Positions 47,231 to 56,842 of a DNA stretch of 64,000 bases are shown piece by piece. The notes under the pieces were generated by a model. That model had not been told where the DNA came from, did no database searches, and saw nothing but the letters and a program-made list of their open reading frames with translations. Both the position numbers and the translations under genes were made by a program. Source of the DNA: an uncultured virus (IMG/VR IMGVR_UViG_3300027754_000074) (Duplodnaviria; Heunggongvirae; Uroviricota; Caudoviricetes); the IMG/VR virus record IMGVR_UViG_3300027754_000074, one strand, 5' to 3'. Positions within the stretch are counted from its first letter, which is position 1. Every line of letters begins with the position of its first letter.

Positions 47231-48216
47231 TGGCAAACCCCGCCCTAAATTGGCGTTTCGTCGGTACACGCGCCTTCGTGGGGAGCGACCTCGTTGGGGC
47301 GCTGAACGCCTCCTATGACCTCGGCATCGCCACGGTCTACGCGGACGGCACCACGCGCACGCCCGGCACGGGCAGCGCATGGACGTGGGCGCGGGAGCAG
47401 ACGCTTGGCACCACGGTAGCGGCTTACGGAAACCCGCCGGTCAATGCGCTGGCGTTCCGGTACATTATCGGTGGAACCGTTGGCGTCCCTGCGCCGACCA
47501 TGCTTGCGCCCGACACCACGGCGGGAAACCTCATCTTTTATGGGATGCAACGCAACGCGGGCGCGTATACGACGTGGACTTCGGCAACACCCTTCACCAA
47601 CGCCGGCTTTTCGGGCTACTGGCGGGGTACGCGGACGTTCAATTCGGCCCCGTCCTTCGATAGCGTTTCGATGTGGGAGAGTCAGGAAGGGTGCGTGATT
47701 CAGTACGGCGCAAACTCCAATGGTAACACCATGACCATCGGCTTTGGCGCGCTGATCGATCCCCAAAGCACCAACGCGGCGAACGCCGAAAGTGACGGTA
47801 GGCTCTACATGATGTTTGGATCGGGGAGCAACGCCGTTACGTCGGGGGCGTGGGCCTCGGTGGCAAACAACGCCAACGCGAGCACATGGGGAGCCGGATC
47901 AAGCTCGGTGTCGAACAGTCACGCGGGCGTTTTTGCGCCGGGCACCGCTGTTATGTACGGCGGAGCAGGCGCGCAAACGTACCGATTTGGGACGTTTGCC
48001 CAGAGCAATCCGTTCAATGCGTCCAGCAGCGCGCTCCCGCTAATTCGCGTGGTGATCACTACGGCGGCGGGTGTCTACCTCGGTCAGAGCCGCGAATGGT
48101 ATCTGACGGAGGATCAACCGTCCCGCGTCGTGCTGAAGTCGGGCGCGACGACCATAGGATCGATTTGCGGGGCGTCTATTGGCTTCGCGGCTAACTGCGT
48201 GATCCTCACCCCCTAA
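47230..48216 (+). CDS. Putative spike/receptor-binding protein, paralog B
   Basis: MANPALNWRFVG; DSVSMWESQEGC shared. Confidence 0.7.
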   Translation: MANPALNWRFVGTRAFVGSDLVGALNASYDLGIATVYADGTTRTPGTGSAWTWAREQTLGTTVAAYGNPPVNALAFRYIIGGTVGVPAPTMLAPDTTAGNLIFYGMQRNAGAYTTWTSATPFTNAGFSGYWRGTRTFNSAPSFDSVSMWESQEGCVIQYGANSNGNTMTIGFGALIDPQSTNAANAESDGRLYMMFGSGSNAVTSGAWASVANNANASTWGAGSSSVSNSHAGVFAPGTAVMYGGAGAQTYRFGTFAQSNPFNASSSALPLIRVVITTAAGVYLGQSREWYLTEDQPSRVVLKSGATTIGSICGASIGFAANCVILTP

Positions 48217-48229
48217 CGGAGCCCCCCAC

Positions 48230-48454
48230 ATGGACACCTACGCCTACCTAAACGCCGTCCTCGACGCTAATCCCACCGTGGAGCGCCTCGTACTGGCGAC
48301 GGACGCCTACGCGACGGCGACCGGCCCGGTGCCGCCCAGCGAGCCCGACCTTGCCAGCCGCGCCACGCTCGAAGCGCAGCCCCCCGATGCCGTCCCGAAT
48401 CTCTCGGAGGGCTACGACGCCGCGAACGTGAGGATTGTCGGCTTTTTCTGTTAG
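48230..48454 (+). CDS. Small hypothetical protein
   Basis: GGAG RBS. Confidence 0.6.
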   Translation: MDTYAYLNAVLDANPTVERLVLATDAYATATGPVPPSEPDLASRATLEAQPPDAVPNLSEGYDAANVRIVGFFC

Positions 48455-48479
48455 CCCCCTTGCGTATGCTGTAGCAGGT

Positions 48480-48537
48480 GCATAGTAGTGTTTTGCGGTC
48501 GGATGTCCCGGCCCGGTTCCCCGATAGGTTCGGGGGA
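48480..48537 (+). repeat. Duplicated structured leader, copy A
   Basis: CGGTCGGATGTCCCGG..TTCCCCGATAGGTTCGGGG, also at 50355-50412. Confidence 0.75.
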
Positions 48538-48678
48538 AGGAGACTTTATGCGCCTTTTGTTTGACGTTACCGCCGCCGCCGTTCTCGGCGGCTTTTTTGC
48601 CGCGCTCGCTCTGCTGTGGGTAGCTCCGGAAAGCTGTCCGGACGCCGCTACGGCTATCCTCTCGCCGGAGACGTGCGA

Positions 48679-48972
48679 ATGAGCCGGCACACTCCCGGCC
48701 CTTGGTCGCGCCGCTTAGTGCGTGGTGTCCCTGACGGGTACATTGGCGGGGCGGATGCCCCGTTGGAAGGGGCGAGCTACCCCCGTGCCATTTGCAAGGT
48801 GACGGGCCGCGCCACGCTGGGCGAAGCCCGCGCTAACATGGCGCTCATCGAGGCCGCGCCTGACCTGCTCGCCGCGTGCGAGCATATGATCGCCTTCCTG
48901 TCTCCCGGCACGGTAGACGCTCTCGACGCTACGCGAATCCTAAACGCTATCCGAAAAGCAACGGCGGAGTGA
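48679..48972 (+). CDS. Hypothetical phage protein
   Basis: HTPGPW...ANMALIEAAPDLLAAC. Confidence 0.75.
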   Translation: MSRHTPGPWSRRLVRGVPDGYIGGADAPLEGASYPRAICKVTGRATLGEARANMALIEAAPDLLAACEHMIAFLSPGTVDALDATRILNAIRKATAE

Positions 48973-48974
48973 CT

Positions 48975-49319
48975 ATGCGCCCCACAAAGCAAGAATTGTC
49001 CGACCTCAACACCGTACTCCGCTGCATCGGCGGCGGGTACGAAGCCCGCGATGCTCTCGCCGGCCACCTCGTCACCGTGTACCGGCTGGTGCCCGGATCC
49101 CGCGCCGTGCGCGAGGACTACACGCTCCGCTACGAATTGGCGGGGTTGTCCTCCGGCTGGTCGTATGACGACTGCGGCTGCGGGACGTGCGAGACGACGC
49201 CCCCTGAGCCGTGGCTCGAAGCCGCCCGCCGCTTGTCGCAGGGGATCATGGATGATCTGCTCGACGCCGCCCTGTTCGCCACGGCGGCGGTATCCCTCCC
49301 CGTGACGGGGGAAGCATGA
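48975..49319 (+). CDS. Hypothetical protein
   Basis: GGAG RBS; coupled. Confidence 0.6.
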   Translation: MRPTKQELSDLNTVLRCIGGGYEARDALAGHLVTVYRLVPGSRAVREDYTLRYELAGLSSGWSYDDCGCGTCETTPPEPWLEAARRLSQGIMDDLLDAALFATAAVSLPVTGEA

Positions 49320-49534
49320 GCCCCGACACGTTCGCCCGGATGCGCCGTTTGTGCGCTGTGCAGGTGCTCGCCGGAGCGACCGGCACCCCGCGCCGGTATC
49401 AAGGCGTGCTGGCGGAGTACGCCGCCGGTATCCTCGCCGCCGAAAGTGGCGCACCCGTCACAGAGGCCACCGTAGCCCCTCCAGAGGCCGCGCTGTCCTG
49501 CGACGGGGCGGAGGCATGGTTGGCCTCTCTATCG

Positions 49535-49576
49535 AGCACGCCGGATCATTCTACCGGCACAATAAAACAGACTTCA
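49535..49576. repeat. 42-bp palindrome family, copy 8 (degenerate)
   Basis: AGCACGCCGGATCATTCT-ACCGGC-ACAATAAA. Confidence 0.6.
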
Positions 49577-49633
49577 CCCCCCTGCACGGGGGCGACCGTT
49601 ACCCCCGTGCTTTTCAACACCCCCGGAGAGACA

Positions 49634-50326
49634 ATGCACCCCTATCCCGACCTTATGAAGCGCCTTCTCAGCGACACGACTACCCGCCTTGTGGAGTCCA
49701 TGCCCCCGGCGACACTCGCCGCGCAGGTTGCGGAGCACGTCTCTGTCAATCTGAGCGACCTTGCAACGGAATTTGACCTGTCCGAGATTGCGGCGGAATT
49801 CGACCTTACCGATCTTGCGGCGGAGTTTGATCTCAGCGACCTTGCCCGCGAAATTGACCTCACCGACCTTGCGGCAAACATCGACGCGAGCGACCTCGAC
49901 TTAGATAGCCTCGATCTTACCGTGCTGGCTACGCACCTCGACCTGTCCGCGCTCGCCGGAGAGATCGATATGAGCGACCTTTCCCGGCGGATCAACGTAA
50001 AAGACCTCGACCTGTCCGCGCTCGCCGGAGAGATTGACCTATCCGCGCTCGCCCGCGAGGTAGGCACGTTGGATTCGTTTAGCGCAGACGACCTCCAGAG
50101 GATCGCCGGCGGGATTGACCTGTCCGAGCTTGCCCGCGAGCTACGGAAATCCGCCGGCGTAGCTTGGACGGTGCCCCCCGTGCCCGTACCCGTGCCCGTG
50201 CCCGTGCCCGTGCCCGTGCCCGCCCAAGCGGCGGAGGTGCCCGACCTCTCCGCCCGCCTGCTGTCGGACGCGGTAGATCGCCTGCTCGCGCTGGCGGATG
50301 CCGCCGTGCGCGACGGAAAGATTTAG
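49634..50326 (+). CDS. Acidic 9-residue repeat protein
   Basis: E(F/I)DL(S/T)xLA repeats, (PV)n run; GGAG RBS; frame also open from 49316. Confidence 0.8.
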   Translation: MHPYPDLMKRLLSDTTTRLVESMPPATLAAQVAEHVSVNLSDLATEFDLSEIAAEFDLTDLAAEFDLSDLAREIDLTDLAANIDASDLDLDSLDLTVLATHLDLSALAGEIDMSDLSRRINVKDLDLSALAGEIDLSALAREVGTLDSFSADDLQRIAGGIDLSELARELRKSAGVAWTVPPVPVPVPVPVPVPVPAQAAEVPDLSARLLSDAVDRLLALADAAVRDGKI

Positions 50327-50354
50327 TCGAGTAGTTGCATACGCGATAGCAAAC

Positions 50355-50412
50355 GCATAGACTGTTTTCACGGTCGGAATGTCCCGGCTGGTTTCCCCGA
50401 TAGGTTCGGGGA
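50355..50412 (+). repeat. Duplicated structured leader, copy B
   Basis: Follows TTGCAT-17-TAGACT promoter (50335-50363). Confidence 0.75.
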
Positions 50413-50423
50413 TTGGAGTCCAG

Positions 50424-50684
50424 ATGCCTGTAGTCAAGACGCCCTGCGTAGTTACCGTCTACTTCCGTACCCTCGATGGGTTTTCACAGTCTCGCCAATT
50501 CAAGACCTTGGAAGGGGCGCAGAAGTACGCGCAGACGAAGATCGGGGCGACCCCGGAAATGGGCGGCGGGTATGCGGTAAGCGCGTGGGGGGATGCCAAG
50601 ATCACCTGCAACGGGTGGTTCACCGGGCCGGCTACCGGCGCGGTAACCGTGGAAGACCTCTTCCCCGCCGCCCGGTGGGAGTAA
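50424..50684 (+). CDS. Hypothetical phage protein
   Basis: GGAG RBS; FKTLEGAQKYA. Confidence 0.7.
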   Translation: MPVVKTPCVVTVYFRTLDGFSQSRQFKTLEGAQKYAQTKIGATPEMGGGYAVSAWGDAKITCNGWFTGPATGAVTVEDLFPAARWE

Positions 50685-50686
50685 GC

Positions 50687-51124
50687 ATGGCCCGCATCGG
50701 ATCCCACGCGCTCGCCGCCGCCTCCGTCCGCACCTTCATTGAGGGGGGCGCGGCCACCTTCACCGTCCGGAACGCCCGGACGGACGGGCGCTACACCTAC
50801 CGGGTGAAGCGCCCCAAGGGCGAAAAGAAGGGCGCGGCGGCGCTCTTCGTCTCGGTTCTGAACGGCTCGAATAACGAGAAGGACTATGCCTACATCGGTT
50901 TCATTACCGATGCGGGCGAGTTTGTGCCCGGTAAAGGCCCGATTCCGCGTACCGCCGTCTCGGTGCGCGGATTCGCGTGGGTATGGTCGCACGTTGACCG
51001 GCTCGCAGAATTCCCCAATGTCGAGGTTCACCATATCGGCGCGTGTGGCCGTTGTGGGCGTCCCTTGACCGTCCCCGAATCCATAACCACCGGGCTCGGC
51101 CCGGTTTGCGCGCAGCGCGTTTAG
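50687..51124 (+). CDS. DUF6011-like zinc-binding protein
   Basis: CGRCGRPLTVPESITTGLGPVC. Confidence 0.8.
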   Translation: MARIGSHALAAASVRTFIEGGAATFTVRNARTDGRYTYRVKRPKGEKKGAAALFVSVLNGSNNEKDYAYIGFITDAGEFVPGKGPIPRTAVSVRGFAWVWSHVDRLAEFPNVEVHHIGACGRCGRPLTVPESITTGLGPVCAQRV

Positions 51125-51133
51125 GAATCCCCC

Positions 51134-51739
51134 ATGATCATCGAGCTACAGTACACCCTCTCCCCCGCCGGGCAGCTTGTCGCCGCCCGTGCGGGGGCTC
51201 CGGCGGCCCGCGCCGGTTCCCTGTCGCTGGCGGAGGATACCGCCGACGCGGGGCTATTCGCGCTGGCGTTCTCGCTGGCCCGCGTGGATCCCACGGGGCG
51301 CGTACAGGTGCAGGGCGTCCGCGACTACGACGCGCCCCCTACGGCGTCGGATGTCCTCTCGGACGTGCAGGCGGCCCGCGCCGCCCGTGCGGCGTACCTC
51401 GCTGACCGGGCGGAGTGGATCGTGCTCCACGGTTCGGCGCACCTTCGCCGGTGCGCAGCGGAGGGGGTCGAGAGCGACCGCTTTTACCGCAACGAGCGAC
51501 TGGCGCTCGACCTCCCCCGCTGGAATTGGCTACCCGTTAGCGTCTCGCTGCGGGAGCCGCGCAACCCGTCGCCGGAGGCGTTCGCTATGCTCGAACGCGC
51601 CCGCGCCGACGCTCCCGCCGCGCTCCTGCACTACGTCGCCGGGGAGTACGTCGCCGTGGTTGCCTACCTCGGTCACCTCGCCGTCTACGCGGGGGATCGG
51701 TTTTCAGCTTCGCGGGACTACTTCAACCGCGAAGCCTGA
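51134..51739 (+). CDS. Hypothetical protein
   Basis: AGGA RBS; 201 aa. Confidence 0.7.
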   Translation: MIIELQYTLSPAGQLVAARAGAPAARAGSLSLAEDTADAGLFALAFSLARVDPTGRVQVQGVRDYDAPPTASDVLSDVQAARAARAAYLADRAEWIVLHGSAHLRRCAAEGVESDRFYRNERLALDLPRWNWLPVSVSLREPRNPSPEAFAMLERARADAPAALLHYVAGEYVAVVAYLGHLAVYAGDRFSASRDYFNREA

Positions 51740-51744
51740 ACCTG

Positions 51745-52119
51745 TCAGTATCCGCGAGCGCGTAGGTCGGCGTCGATGAGTCCCGCTACCCACGCGCTCG
51801 CGTTTACGTTTTGGTCGCGCACAAACCCGATCATCCGGGTAGCCACGTCGCGGGGGATGCTGAAGCTCCGCAGCATGGAACCGTTGCCCTTTTTTGCGCG
51901 GGGGGAGCCCCGGATCCGCTTGCGAGGGGGAACCGCGCCGGGCGCGTAGGGGGGCGGCACCGCTACCGCTCCCTCCTGCGGCGGAGGGGCTACCGGTGCC
52001 TGTGGCGCTTGTTGCCGGGGCGTCTCCGCCTGCGCCTTTGCCGGTGCTACGGCGGAATAAAGTGGATCGGGAGTAGAGGGGAGCCAACGCGATTTTACGG
52101 ACATCCGGGCAGGTATCAT
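51745..52119 (-). CDS. Putative ribbon-helix-helix regulator
   Basis: RSFSIPRDV..NASAWVAGLIDADL; start uncertain. Confidence 0.6.
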   Translation of the reverse strand: MIPARMSVKSRWLPSTPDPLYSAVAPAKAQAETPRQQAPQAPVAPPPQEGAVAVPPPYAPGAVPPRKRIRGSPRAKKGNGSMLRSFSIPRDVATRMIGFVRDQNVNASAWVAGLIDADLRARGY

Positions 52120-52178
52120 ACTACTCCGCGCCTTGCATATCCGCTGCACGTTCATAGCTTGTGCGAAAGCGAGAACCG

Positions 52179-54059
52179 ATGCCCCCCCGTAGAAAGCCCC
52201 CGTCAGAAGCGTTTTCCGAAGGACAAAACGATCCGTTTCCGCCGCTCGAAGACGACTTCGACCCGGAAGCCTCGGCTATTGCCGATGAAGCCAACAACAC
52301 CAACCGCGTCTCCCTCGCAGAGCATGAGCCGCCCCCGGTAGGCGGCTTCGGGCACGCCCCCTCCCCGATGGGGATGGGCTTCGGAGGCGGCTTCGAGCAA
52401 GGCCCGATGCCGGGCCGCCCGACCTCCCCGACGATGTGGGCGAGCGCGCACCTTCACGAATCCATCCCGCAAGTACGGGTCTGGAAAAAAGTAAACGGCG
52501 TCCCGATCCTCGTTGGCGAGATTGACGCGCAGGCGAACGAAGAGGAATTTATCCGGACGTTTATTGACCTCATGCCGAAGCCGGGCGAGGGCAACGCCTC
52601 TTTTGTGCTCCGCCCAATTGATATGAATGGGCGCGAAGTCCGCGAGGAAATCAGTCTCCCGCCGATCAGCGAACACCATACGACCTTGAAGCAGGTACGC
52701 GCCTCCGCCGCCGCCCTGACCGCCGTAGGGCATGGCCCCCCCGTGCTCGACCTAAACCCGCTGCACGCGCTGGTCGCCCGGCAGCAGGAAATGGCTGAGA
52801 CGCGGATGCGGCAGATGGAAGACGAAGCGCGGGGCGAGCGGGAGCGCGTCTCGACGTTGCAGGCCCGGCTAGTGGAGCAGCAGCTAGAGATCGCACAGCG
52901 CGGCGCTATGGCGACGGAAGCCGTTACCGAGCGCATGATGCGCGCCGAGAGTGAGCGCGCCGAGCGCGTAGCGCAGATGGAAGCCGCCCGGAATGATCGG
53001 ATGCTCGAAATGGAGCGCACCCGCGCCACCGAATCGGTCAACCTGACCACAGGCGTTTTTCAGCAGATGATGATGATGCAATCGCAAGCCGCCGAGCGCG
53101 AGCGGCTCGCCACCGACGCCCGGATGCGCGAAGAGTCCAATCGCCGGGAGCAGGAACGCGACGAGGCGAAGCTCCGGTTAGAGCGCGAGCGGCTGGATTG
53201 GACGCAGCGGTGGGAGCGCGAGAAACACGAAGACGAGCGCAAGTGGGCGCGGGAAAAGCAGGCCGCCGACGAGCACGCCCGCCTACTCGAATCCGAGCGG
53301 AGCCGCCAACACGAAGCGCGGATGCGCGATATGGAATTGCAGGCGCAGCGCGACCGCGAGCACGCGGAGCGCATGGCAAGCCTCCTGAAGAGCGAGAATA
53401 AAGAGCAATCCGTCGAGGGCTTGCTCGAAAAGGGTACGAAGCTCCTATCGCAATTCGGCGTTACCCCCGCCGACTTACTCCAAAAGGTGTTCGCCAAAGA
53501 CGAACCGGACGGGCCGAATCCTCTCTTAGAGCTTGGAATGGGCGCATTGAAGGAAGGGATGAAAGTGGCCGGCGAGTACGTCAAAGCGAACGCGCAAGTA
53601 AAGGCGGCGCAGGCGCAGGCGCAAGCGGGCGCGGGCGGCTTCCCCGGCGTTCCCGGCTACCCCGGTGTAGCCGGCTTGTTGCCGCAAGGGCTCCCCGCCG
53701 CCCCCTTCATGCCGGGCGCTCCGGGCGAGCTAATCCCTGTAGACGATCAGCTACCCGGCGAGGCCGCCGCGCAACAGGCGGAAACCAACGAACCCGGCGC
53801 GGAGCTTGCCCTAAGCGTCAAAAAGCCCGCCCGGAAGGCGATCCGCGACCTTATCGGAAAGCTCCGCAACGCCCCCGACGAACGCTGGGAAGAGACTGTA
53901 GCCCTTGCCGTAGCCTCCGAGCTTTCGATCTACCATTACGTCAAGGCGGTATCCATCCGATACGCCTTGATCGAGGCGGGCGCGGATGTTGATTTTGTGA
54001 CGCGCTTCCTTGACCATTCCGCCTGTGCGCTCATTCCGGAGGACGTGCCCCGTGGCTAA
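52179..54059 (+). CDS. Large coiled-coil protein
   Basis: Long E/R/Q/M-rich helical centre. Confidence 0.85.
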   Translation: MPPRRKPPSEAFSEGQNDPFPPLEDDFDPEASAIADEANNTNRVSLAEHEPPPVGGFGHAPSPMGMGFGGGFEQGPMPGRPTSPTMWASAHLHESIPQVRVWKKVNGVPILVGEIDAQANEEEFIRTFIDLMPKPGEGNASFVLRPIDMNGREVREEISLPPISEHHTTLKQVRASAAALTAVGHGPPVLDLNPLHALVARQQEMAETRMRQMEDEARGERERVSTLQARLVEQQLEIAQRGAMATEAVTERMMRAESERAERVAQMEAARNDRMLEMERTRATESVNLTTGVFQQMMMMQSQAAERERLATDARMREESNRREQERDEAKLRLERERLDWTQRWEREKHEDERKWAREKQAADEHARLLESERSRQHEARMRDMELQAQRDREHAERMASLLKSENKEQSVEGLLEKGTKLLSQFGVTPADLLQKVFAKDEPDGPNPLLELGMGALKEGMKVAGEYVKANAQVKAAQAQAQAGAGGFPGVPGYPGVAGLLPQGLPAAPFMPGAPGELIPVDDQLPGEAAAQQAETNEPGAELALSVKKPARKAIRDLIGKLRNAPDERWEETVALAVASELSIYHYVKAVSIRYALIEAGADVDFVTRFLDHSACALIPEDVPRG

Positions 54060-54435
54060 TACCCCCGATCCGTCCGCTTCGTGGATCGCCCCCGACGCTA
54101 TCCGCCTCCCTCTGCTCGCCGCCCGCGCCGCCCTGAAGGACGCGGAGGACACGCTTACCGATATGATGGCGGGCTACCTCCGCGACCGTATCGAGCGGGC
54201 CGCCCCCGTTGACCGCTTGAATATGCTCCAAGGGCTCTCCGCGCAGTACGCGGCGGAGGGGGACACCGACGCCCCCGCCCGCTTGGCTGCGGCGTGGGCG
54301 GACTGTGAAGCCGCCTATGCCGGAGTGGTATGGGCGGAGCGCGCCTACAGCGACGGACTACCCCCCGACATTGGCCTAAGCGTTGTCGTCTCCCCCCAAA
54401 TTTTCCCTACCTCCGAGGATGAATCCCCATGCTGA
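54052..54435 (+). CDS. Hypothetical protein
   Basis: GGAGG RBS before GTG. Confidence 0.65.
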   Translation: MANTPDPSASWIAPDAIRLPLLAARAALKDAEDTLTDMMAGYLRDRIERAAPVDRLNMLQGLSAQYAAEGDTDAPARLAAAWADCEAAYAGVVWAERAYSDGLPPDIGLSVVVSPQIFPTSEDESPC

Positions 54436-55139
54436 AACTTACGATCTACATCGAGCCGCACACGCCGGCCAAAGCCGCCTCCCCGATGGGAAACGCGCTC
54501 GCGCTCCTGAATGACCCGGAGCGCCTGAAAGCCACCATAGCGGCGTTTCGGGAGGCGTTCGAGGGCTACGCACCCCCCGCACCCGCAACGGAGCTTCCCG
54601 AATCTATTTACCGGCAGAATAAACCGTCCGTCGTCGCGGAGCCCGCCCCCCTTCCCGCGACACCCCCGGCGGCGGAAAACGCTCCAGAAGCCCCCGTAGC
54701 GTCCGCAAACGAAACGGCCATGCTCCGCTACTCCGCGATGCTCTACGAGGGCGAACAATGCTTCGACACGCTGATCCGGACGTGGGTGCAAAACTACGGC
54801 GTGGATACCGCCCCGCAGCCGGATCGCGTGGGCTCGCTTATGGGCGCTATCACCGGGCACGGCCCGGCGTTCGGTGCCTACGTCCGTGAGCGCGGCGGGC
54901 TCGCCGGTGCCTGCATCGACAGTATCGTAAGGCAGAGCCTTGTCGCCGTCGAAGACGCCGTAAAGCTGGGGCAAGACGTGGCGCTCAACATGGTACAGGT
55001 GGGCTCCGGCGTAGGTGCCCCGATGGATACCCTGCTCGAAAAGAGTATGTTCCGCCGCGAGCTTCACGATGCGCCCCCCGCGCCCGGCACGCTCCCGGCG
55101 ACCGAGTTTGATCGCTCTACCCTCCCCCTCCCGCACTAA
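54429..55139 (+). CDS. Hypothetical protein
   Basis: 236 aa, coupled. Confidence 0.7.
   Translation: MLKLTIYIEPHTPAKAASPMGNALALLNDPERLKATIAAFREAFEGYAPPAPATELPESIYRQNKPSVVAEPAPLPATPPAAENAPEAPVASANETAMLRYSAMLYEGEQCFDTLIRTWVQNYGVDTAPQPDRVGSLMGAITGHGPAFGAYVRERGGLAGACIDSIVRQSLVAVEDAVKLGQDVALNMVQVGSGVGAPMDTLLEKSMFRRELHDAPPAPGTLPATEFDRSTLPLPH
54592..54633. repeat. 42-bp palindrome family, copy 9 (intragenic)
   Basis: AGCTTCCCGAATCTATTT-ACCGGC-AGAATAAACCG. Confidence 0.8.
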
Positions 55140-55147
55140 GGATCCTC

Positions 55148-55567
55148 ATGTCTACCGATACTGAATTCGAGTGCGCTATCTCCGGAAAGCGCGCCCCTGA
55201 AGCTGACCTCATCCTCGATGATAACGACGACGACGCCGGTTTGGAAACCCTGCCAATCGGCTGGATCAAGATCACGGCGCAGCGCCGGGGCGTCAATCCC
55301 GCGTGGCTGGAGATCCAAAAGCGCAAGGCGCGGCAGCTTGCCGGGATGTCCGCGCAAATCCCCGAAGGCGACGAAGCCGAGCGGGCGGAGCAATTGGAAG
55401 ACGTGAAGATGGCGGTAGACGCGGCGTTCTTCGCTATCGAGCGGGGTACGCCAAAGTACGTTGTTGTCGAGGCGTCCTGCGTAGTCCTGAATCCGGACGC
55501 GAACAAGCAAGTCGCCGCCGAGTGGAAGGGGATCGCCTCCGCGCTCTCGTTGGACGTGAGCGGGTAG
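55148..55567 (+). CDS. Hypothetical protein
   Basis: AAGGA RBS. Confidence 0.7.
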   Translation: MSTDTEFECAISGKRAPEADLILDDNDDDAGLETLPIGWIKITAQRRGVNPAWLEIQKRKARQLAGMSAQIPEGDEAERAEQLEDVKMAVDAAFFAIERGTPKYVVVEASCVVLNPDANKQVAAEWKGIASALSLDVSG

Positions 55568-55598
55568 CTTGCGTATGCGAAACCGGATAGGGGGGCAT

Positions 55599-55817
55599 AT
55601 GCCTACTCTATCCGACCTTTTCGCCGATTACGAAGCTGAAATCATCCGCGAGCGCGCCGCGTTCGACGCCTCCCCCGCCGGGGCGCTCCTGCGGGAGCGG
55701 GGGCGCAGAACGCGGATCGCGGAAGCGGCGCAGCGCGTCCGCGAGATTGAAGCGGGCGAGCGCCGCCCGGACGGCTCGCTCATCGAAGACCTCGAAGACG
55801 ACGACGCCGACGAATAG
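55599..55817 (+). CDS. Small hypothetical protein
   Basis: G-rich RBS; acidic tail. Confidence 0.55.
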   Translation: MPTLSDLFADYEAEIIRERAAFDASPAGALLRERGRRTRIAEAAQRVREIEAGERRPDGSLIEDLEDDDADE

Positions 55818-55851
55818 GGGTTAGGGGCTCCGGACAATCTGGAGTCCCCCC

Positions 55852-56091
55852 GTGAAATTCCCTCTCGTTACCGTGCTCCTGCGTATCGCGCAGGCGCTCC
55901 CCGCTATTGTTGCCACCGTGACCGCCGACGTGAAAGCGGACAAAGCCGCTACCAGCGACGGCGGCACGAAGATCACCGCCGCCGAAGTGGGCGTGATCGT
56001 CGGGCACATTTTCGAGAAGCTGGGGGCCGCCGTGCTCCCGGTAGTCCTGAAAGCCAACGACATCGCTACGGCGCTCGCGTCCACGATGTAG
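55852..56091 (+). CDS. Small hydrophobic protein
   Basis: GGAG RBS; amphipathic helices. Confidence 0.65.
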   Translation: MKFPLVTVLLRIAQALPAIVATVTADVKADKAATSDGGTKITAAEVGVIVGHIFEKLGAAVLPVVLKANDIATALASTM

Positions 56092-56178
56092 CACAAAGCG
56101 AGCACAAAGCGAGCACGTTTACCCGGTGCCCGGCGTGCGCCCGCGTGCTACCCTCGCATCAACGCGCCCCTTTGGGGG

Positions 56179-56207
56179 TTGACGCGCTTTCGCATATGCT
56201 ATAGTAT
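56179..56207 (+). promoter_or_regulatory. Putative sigma70 promoter with GCATATGC in spacer
   Basis: TTGACG-17-TAGTAT. Confidence 0.6.
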
Positions 56208-56231
56208 GTGCAAACAACCCTCGGAGATTCC

Positions 56232-56837
56232 ATGTACCGCCGTAACGCTTCCGCCTCATCCGCCGACACTACCGCCGCGACGGAGCTTGCCCTGTTCGCA
56301 GCCAACGACGGCGACCTGTACCGCTCGCAGGCGCAGCCGATCATTACGAACCTTGCCAAGAAAATGGGGAAAGGACAATATGACGAGGCGAAAGCCGCGA
56401 AGCTGTGGGGCTACTTCGCAAACACCGCCGCGCAAAAGTACGCATGGGAGTTCGGGGATCGCAAGCGCGGAACCCGGTCATGGCGGGAGCAAAGCGTAGA
56501 CGGTAACGGTATGTTCAACGCGGCGACCCGCCGCTTTGCGAGCGCGGAGCTTGAACACCACTACCGCGACGAGGTGACCTCGTTAGCGACCACGGCGCGG
56601 ATGTCGGCGCGCAGCAACCCCCGTTCGAGCGGGCAGACCTACAACGGGCACCCGTCGCGGGCACATTGGAACGTCGCCCTGTGGGTAGCAAACGACTACG
56701 GATTGTATCAAGCCGTCTCGCGCATGGGGAAAGCAGAGGCGGTAGAATTCCTCATGGATAGTTTTCCGCGCACACCGGACGGCGTGAAAATGACGAAAAC
56801 CCTTGCCGCCTACGCATGGCGCAGCTTGAAGGATTGA
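56232..56837 (+). CDS. Two-domain RxN polyprotein (MYRRNASASS leader)
   Basis: GGAG RBS; linker ARMSARSNPR. Confidence 0.8.
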   Translation: MYRRNASASSADTTAATELALFAANDGDLYRSQAQPIITNLAKKMGKGQYDEAKAAKLWGYFANTAAQKYAWEFGDRKRGTRSWREQSVDGNGMFNAATRRFASAELEHHYRDEVTSLATTARMSARSNPRSSGQTYNGHPSRAHWNVALWVANDYGLYQAVSRMGKAEAVEFLMDSFPRTPDGVKMTKTLAAYAWRSLKD

Positions 56838-56842
56838 CCCCC

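Noticed and set aside
46250..48216. Diversity-generating retroelement template/variable pair
   Set aside because: Divergence is gene-wide rather than adenine-specific, and no reverse transcriptase is seen
56091..56116. 11-bp tandem repeat GCACAAAGCGA
   Set aside because: Only two copies and no supporting context
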